Below are positions 37,618 to 44,431 of a stretch of 44,431 nt of DNA, piece after piece. The position numbers and the translations under genes are program-made. The stretch is from Octopus sinensis (lineage: Eukaryota): positions 1 through 44,431 of the forward strand of contig NW_021829877.1 in assembly GCF_006345805.1 (NCBI RefSeq), written 5' to 3'. Below the pieces are notes generated by a model, which saw only the letters and a program-made list of their open reading frames with translations, searched no databases and had not been told where the DNA came from. Every line of letters begins with the position of its first letter. The stretch's first letter is position 1.

Positions 37618-38262
37618 GTAGATACATACATGCATACATACATAGGTAGATACATACATAGGTAGATACATACATACATACATACATACATACATACATA
37701 CATACATACATACATACGTATAGAAGATAATTTAACGGGAATCAAAGATGAACCACTGAATTCAGAATTGTATGTATCAGACCAGAAGCAATTACTGAAC
37801 AAAAAAAATGCGAGCATTTGGGATACATATGTGACACTGATCTTGACTTTCAACTATTAGTCATATATATTTTCATTCTTTTTATCTTAGAACGTACGCT
37901 GTAGCTAATTAGGCTTTCAATGATTTATCTGCTTTAAGTATGGGTCACAGATTGCTATTTTCAACTAATTCTGCTTCTTTCGCACATCATAGGTATATGC
38001 CAGGACATATAGATGTAAGCAGACACTCGCAGACACACGTATACATCCATATGCAATAAATCTACGGATAACAACAGGTAATCAAAATTGTGCCGGTGAT
38101 TTAATCATCATCTACTTATACATTTTGTATAATTTCTCCATTATATATATATATATAATATGAGCGCAGATAGATACATATATCCATACAAGCATTCGAT
38201 AACGCGAACATGCATATATATGCATATGTTTCTCAATCTCTCTTTCTCTCTCTCTCTCTCTC

Positions 38263-38299
<37 letters not shown>

Positions 38300-38319
38300 T
38301 ATAAATAAGATATATATTA

Positions 38320-39397
38320 AGTAAATAAATTACTTTGCCACATACTGACTCATTAGAAATAGCAGCTAAAGAAATTTCTTTAGCTATTTCTAATACTTAA
38401 AGAAGATCTCTCTCAGATAGTGTTTGCTCAAACCACTCACAAATCACAAAGGTATGGGGGAAAAAACATTAAAAAATCAAAGTGCAAAGGTTATTTGAGA
38501 ACGTACGTTTCTAGATTAGTCAAATCGACATTTCTTTCGTCAGCTCAGAACTCCTTGATTCGGATTTGGGAACACTGAAAGTGGGAGCATACCCTTTTGG
38601 CTTCTTATCACCTCTAGAATTCCGCTCGACTAAAAGTGCTATCAAATTCAAAATATGCAAGCGAAGAATTCTGCTCTCCCCTTTCCACCAGCGTGGGTTA
38701 AATTGACAACACTATGTTTTATCGGTGAAAACCGAAGCATTAAACAGAGAGAAATGAATTATAATTTCAACAATTGAGGGTAAAATTAATTAATTATTAA
38801 TCAATTTCACCAAGTATTAATTAATTTTACCCTCAATTGTTGAAATTATAATTCATTTCTCTCTGTTTAATGCTTCGGTTTTCACCGATAAAACATAGTG
38901 TTTGTCAATTTTAACCCACGCTGGTGGAAAGGGGAGAGCAGAAATTCTTCGCTTGCATATTTTGAATTTGATAGCACTTTTAGTTCGAGCGGAATTCTAG
39001 AGGTGATAAGAAGCCAAAAGGGTATGCTCCCACTTTCAGTGTTCCCAATCCGAATCAAGGAGTTCTGAGCTGACGAAAGAAATGTCGATTTGACTAATCT
39101 AGAAACGTACGTTCTCAAATAACCTTTGCACTTGATTTTTTAATGTTTTTCCCCCATACCTTTGTGAGTTGGTTTGAGCAAACACTATCTGAGAGAGATC
39201 TTCTTTAAGTATTAGAAATAGCTAAAGAAATTTCTTTAGCTGCTATTTCTAATGAGTTCAGTATGTGGCAAAGTAATTTATTTTACTAAGCCCTTATATA
39301 TAATGTAATATTTTGAATTCGCCTAAAATGGTCCCTTTACATACTGAATACTTGGTGAAATTGATTAATAATTAATTAATTTTACCCTCAATTGTTG

Positions 39398-39403
<6 letters not shown>
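38320..39403. mobile_element. Penelope/retrozyme-like element: ~555 bp unit with terminal direct repeat, preceded by a ~475 bp inverted copy
   Basis: Arms 38320-38794 and 38816-39287. The start of the unit recurs at 39371 and ends in (TA)n. A hammerhead-like motif lies in each arm. Confidence 0.8.
39062..39121 (+). ncRNA. Hammerhead-like motif (mirror copy at 38491-38550 on -)
   Basis: Stem I tgag/ctca; CTGACGA at 39070-39076; GAAA at 39102-39105; palindromic stem III acgtacgt; GTT triplet. A-A mismatch at the first pair of stem II. Confidence 0.55.
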
Positions 39404-39450
<47 letters not shown>

Positions 39451-40094
39451 TAATAAATACAATATATGCATACATACATACATACATATATGTACGTACT
39501 TACATCTACATGTATATATACATGCATATATAAATATATATACGTGAGTACAGGACACCACAAATAGACGTAGAACTCAACGAGAAACGAAAACGTAAAA
39601 ACAAACATGAAACGGAACCCTTTTTTTAACAACAAAAAAACAGAGTACAAGACAAACTACACAAGGAAAATTCCCCTTCATCAGCTGTCCCTAGTTCAAC
39701 TCCAGCGTGTTTCGAAGGTGAGGACAGAACACGACTCGTCGAACTAGCCCTTCCTGCGAAAGAATTAAATAAAATTACTTCGCAGAGGGGTAAAAACAAG
39801 GAAAGAAAAAAATGTGACAAAAACAGGACGTAAAAACGATACAAATAAAATTACAAAATAAAATACGAAATAAAAATACAATTACAAAAAATATAGTACA
39901 AGAAATAAAAAAAAACAAGAAAACAAACAACGAGGGCCTTATTTTGGCCTAGACGAGGAAAGATTCTTAAGAGCGCAGGAAGAACGTGTGTTCACTGTTA
40001 GGAGGCCGCAGGCGAAAGGAAGTAGTCGCCCGGCTGTGAGAGAGATGAGGAGGAGTGAGAGAGAGAGAGAGAGATAGAGGAAGACAAGCGGCTG

Positions 40095-40149
<55 letters not shown>

Positions 40150-40155
<6 letters not shown>

Positions 40156-40420
40156 TGTATGTATGTATAAATGAAATCCAAGTCGAAACATTGTATTGTA
40201 TGTATCAGGAACAGAAGCATCTTCTGAACTGGAAGAAGAATGCAAGCATTTGGGATACATATGTTACATTGTTACAGGCGATCTTGAATATCGAAGTACG
40301 TCTACTCTCCAGCGAATATAAAGAAAGCAAATATACATTAATATCATTTCTGCCGAGTCTCCTAATAAATCTCTCGTGGCAAATTGAAACCAGATACTAA
40401 GGATGGTTGTCCTTCTGCTT
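40150..40420 (-). mobile_element. Decayed CR1/L2-like RT C-terminal relic (related fragment at 37768-37847)
   Basis: Minus-strand frames give QFATR and LSLYSLESRRTSIFKIACNNV, resembling the LYSLERRR...YKI motif. The frames are broken. Confidence 0.4.
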
Positions 40421-40510
40421 TTAAATACTCTATTGTTTCGCTTGTACAATTTAATCTATATTTAAAAATCTTGTTTGTGATAAAGTAAAATTAAACACCG
40501 TTTTAATATG

Positions 40511-40572
40511 AGTGGCTGTGTGGTAAATAGCTTGCTTATCAACCACATGGTTCCAGGTTCAGTCTCACATGT
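40511..40572 (+). mobile_element. SINE-A head fragment
   Basis: gagtggctgtgtggtaaatagcttgcttatcaaccacatggttccaggttcagtc. Confidence 0.85.
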
Positions 40573-40706
40573 GGGATATTAATGGAAAAATGTGAGGAAA
40601 AGAGAACTGGTGAAAATTTTTTCTGTACTAAAATTAAGAGTGGTTAAGAGTTCCACTAAAATGATTCATAAAATTCAATGTTTTTTTTTAGATATATAAA
40701 TGGTAT

Positions 40707-41109
40707 ATAATCTTTTCTACTCTAGACACAAGGCCCGAAATTTTGGGGGTAGGAACCAGTCGATTAGATCGACTCCAGCATGCAGTTGGTACTTAATTTA
40801 TCAACCCCGAAAGGATGAAAGGCAAAGTCGACCACGGCGGAATTTGAACTCAGAACTTAAAGACAAACGAAATAACTATTTCTTTACTACCCACAAGGGG
40901 CTAAATACAGAGGGGACAAACAAGGACAGGCGAACGGATTAAGTCGATTATATAGACCCCAGTGAGCAACTGGTGCTTAATTTATCGACCCCGAAAGGAT
41001 GAAAGGCAAAGTCAACCTCGGCGGAATTTGAACTCAGAACGCAGCGGCAGACGAAATACCGCTAAGCATTTCGCCCGACGTGCTAACGTTTCTGCCAGCT
41101 CGCTGCCTT
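40707..41109 (-). mobile_element. SINE-B dimer: head, body+tail-A, body+tail-B
   Basis: Head at 41060-41109; junction aaagaaata|gttatttcgt near 40870; tail-B ends at 40707. Confidence 0.92.
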
Positions 41110-41189
41110 ATAAATAGTATATAATAGAATTCACTTTCTACTGCCCTTTCCAGAGTCTATGAACTAGTAGAAAAATAATAGAACTTATA

Positions 41190-41883
41190 CAAACCAAGCG
41201 AACAATATCCCCTCAACTCATGGACACAAGCAACGATTTCTTTACCGAATCGTTACTGGAGACGAAAAATGGTACCTGTACATCAATATGAAGCAGCGTA
41301 AGGAATGGCTTAGCCCCGATAAACAAGCAACACCGCGCATGAGACAAGATCTTCATCCACGTAAAACGATGTTGTGCGTATGGTGGGACTGAAAATGGAT
41401 TATCCATTACGAATTGCGCGGAACTCTATGTTCAAAGGATGGAACAACTTGACACGGCTATTCAAGAGGAAAGACCTAATCGTCAGCATGGACTTCTGCT
41501 GCACGACAACGCCCGCTCTTATATCGCCAATATGACCAAGGAAGCCATTCAAACGCATGGCTGGGAAGTGCTGCCACCCCTGTTGTACTCTGCTGACTTG
41601 AAACCAACAGATTTCCACCTCTTTCGATCTCTTTAAAATGCTATGCTCGGTGTTTCGTTCAATACTGATGCAGAATTGAGACCTTGGTTGGATCTATTTT
41701 TCGAGTCGAAATCGAGTGATTTCTAACAACAACGAAGTATTGAAAATATTGTTAAACGTTGGGAAGAAGTTATAAACAACAAGGGTGAATACATTATTGA
41801 TTAATTAGTTGTTATTTTTTTTATTAAACCTTTTAAAAAATTTTAATTAAAAAAACCGCGGGAACTTAGTTGCCAACCCAATA
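41190..41883 (+). mobile_element. Mariner remnant (Hsmar1/cecropia-like), catalytic region and right TIR
   Basis: RFLYRIVTGDEKWYLY...KTMLCVWWD*, LLHDNARSY, GWEVLPPLLYSADLKPTDFHLFRSL*, RWEEVINNKGEYIID*. TIR aaaaccgcgggaacttagttgccaacccaata. Confidence 0.93.
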
Positions 41884-42122
41884 TATCTATATTTTTAAAT
41901 CATAGCAGGCAGCAATAATAGGCGTAAGAGAATATTCTCTAACTGATGAGAATATATTCTCTTAAGCCTATAATCGCAGCCAGCCCACAAGATAGCAAAA
42001 CACATACCTTGTGAATGCGTGTTCGATATATATTATTTATGTGCACATATAAATATACTTACACACATAAATATATACATATATATGTATGTGTATATTA
42101 TATATAAACACATAAATATACA

Positions 42123-42190
<68 letters not shown>

Positions 42191-42269
42191 CAAGCATTCA
42201 CGCGCTCACACACATACATACATATATAGTTATATCTGTCTATCTATTTACATACATAAATATTCTCAA

Positions 42270-42570
42270 ATGTACATACATACGTACGTATATACACACA
42301 TACATGCACACATACATACATACGTACATACATACATACATACATGCATACATACAAAGATACATACATACATACATACATGCATGCATACATACATACA
42401 TACATACATACATACATACATGCATGCATACATACATACATACATAAATACATACATACATGCATGCATACATACATACATACATACATACATACATACA
42501 CACACATACATACACATACATACATACATACATACATACATACATACATACATACATGTATATATATAGT
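42270..42570. repeat. (TACA/TGCA)n microsatellite
   Basis: Directly visible. Confidence 0.97.
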
Positions 42571-42884
42571 AACAAAGCTATCCCAGAGGACTGATTTAGA
42601 ATGTGAAGATGACTTCGCAGTCTACAAAGGGGATTATATTGGTATAAAGGATACAGCAATGTTCCCTACTGACCTGAATATAAAACAGTCGGGATGTGGA
42701 TATAACTAACAACAACAGTCTCAGACATGACAACTGAGAAAGAAACATAAGATTCCTGCGACCAGACAAAAGTACACATATATGTATACACACACACACA
42801 GACACACACAGACACACACAGACACACACAACACACACAAACACATACACACAGACACACATACACGCACACATACAAACGCAC

Positions 42885-43153
42885 TCTCTTACTCTTTACT
42901 CCTTTACTTGTTTCAGTCATTTGACTGTGGCCATGCTGGAGCACCACCTTTAGTCGAGCAAATCGACTCTAGGACTTATTCTTTGTAAGCCTAGTACTTA
43001 TTCTATCAGTCCCTTTTGCCGAACCGCAAAGTTTCGGGGACGTAAAACACACAGCAACGGTTGTCAAGCGATGTTAGGGGGACAAACACAGACACACAAA
43101 CATACCTACATACATACATACATACATACATACACAATACATACATACTACAT

Positions 43154-43214
<61 letters not shown>

Positions 43215-43375
43215 CGACAGGCTTCATTCCAGTTTCCGTCTACCAAATCCACTCACAAGGCTTTGGTCGGCCCGAGGCTATAGTAGAAGACACTTGCCCA
43301 AGGTGCCACGCAGTGGGACTGAACCCGGAACCATGTTGTTGGTAAGCAAGCTACTTACCACGCAGCCACTCCTGC
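42885..43375 (-). mobile_element. SINE-A full-length
   Basis: Reverse match to 21181-21594 with an internal repeat of about 110 bp. Confidence 0.92.
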
Positions 43376-43874
43376 ACACGTACAAACATAGAATCACGCA
43401 CACACATCGACTCACACATACATGTTCGTATGCATGTATATACAGTATATATATATATATATACTGTATATATATCTTTCATCTTTTAATTATCTCAGTT
43501 ATTGAACTGCGGCCATTCTGGGTCAGCTCTCGAAGGATTTTAGTCGAAGATATTGGCCTTATTTTTAAGTGTGTACTTATTCTATCCGTAGTAAATGCCC
43601 AACTGCTAATTTACGTGAACGTAAACAAACCAACACATACACACATATATATATGCATGACACGTTGTTTTCTATCCTGCATGGTGTCCAACGGAAACCA
43701 CTTCTTGTGAGCTTGGTACGTTCAGGGGTTAAGTCACTTACGACATGCCCATACCACACGTTGTATAGGCTTACCTGACATACATGCATTCATACATTTA
43801 TACATACATACATGCATATATACATGCATACATACATACATACATACATACATACATACATAAATGCATGCACA

Positions 43875-44209
43875 ACTGGTGTTTAGTAGGTTATGGCGAC
43901 GAGTGTTCCAGTTAATCCGATCAACGGAACAGCCTGTTCGTGACATTAACCTGCAAGTGGCCAAGCAATCCACAGACTCGCGTACCCTTAACGGTTTTCT
44001 CAAAAAGATTTAGCCTGACAAAAAAATTTGACAAGTCTGGCAGTATGAAGTACCGGTACAACTCCTTTTTTCTTAGCTGAGTGGAAATAATGTGAAATAA
44101 GCTTGAAAAAAAGTGTCTTTCTCAGAGATACAACCCACTGCCGGCAATCGACCCCATGATCTTACAATCGTGGGCCGAATACCTTAACCATTAAGCCACA
44201 AGCCTTCAC
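43875..44209 (-). mobile_element. SINE-D, diverged
   Basis: D tail (ccagttaatccgatcaacggaacagcctg...gtacccttaac), core and tRNA-like head on the minus strand. Confidence 0.8.
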
Positions 44210-44431
44210 ATACGTACATCCACGCATGCATACATACATACATAAATTCATATATACGTACTCGAATGCATACATACATAATTACATACGCACTCATACG
44301 TTTAGAAATACATACATATATGCATACATGCATACATTCATACACTGCTGTGCACATGCATACATGCATATACGCATACAAACATACACACATATACACA
44401 CATAATTACATATATGCATACATACACACAT

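Noticed and set aside
39640-39780. Hammerhead on minus strand (ccttcGAAAcacgc ... CTGATGAaggg)
   Set aside because: Stem II register is off and stems I and III do not close; at most a decayed relic.
41918-41972. Small inverted repeat containing CTGATGA
   Set aside because: The hairpin is real but lacks GAAA and a cleavage site; single short instance.
42580-42709. Protein-like ORF tail DLECEDDFAVYKGDYIG
   Set aside because: No recognisable family, no clear donor, and the ORF begins in a microsatellite.

Overview
AT-rich eukaryotic (animal) non-coding DNA, not prokaryotic. The repeat landscape (tRNA-derived SINEs plus very dense TA, CA, TAGA, TACA and GAT/CAT microsatellites) looks like an octopus genome; this is recognition, not a database result. 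No intact protein-coding gene is supportable, and almost all supplied ORFs are translations of microsatellites. The window holds about 25 SINE copies of five modular types (my working labels SINE-A to SINE-E), five Tc1/mariner remnants, an RTE LINE 3' end, CR1-like relics and three Helitron/Helentron-like non-autonomous elements. Two observations stand out. (1) Several small non-coding elements carry minimal type-I hammerhead ribozyme motifs with palindromic stem III, abut (TA)n tracts and form fold-back inverted repeats. The 38.3-39.4 kb copy has junctions implying a circular or multimeric template of about 555 nt (Penelope/retrozyme-like). (2) One SINE family builds head-(body)n tandem arrays with a fixed junction inside its own tRNA-derived head, suggesting self-targeted insertion or rolling-circle copying. 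Several near-identical duplications differ only by indels, so assembly artefact must be excluded.
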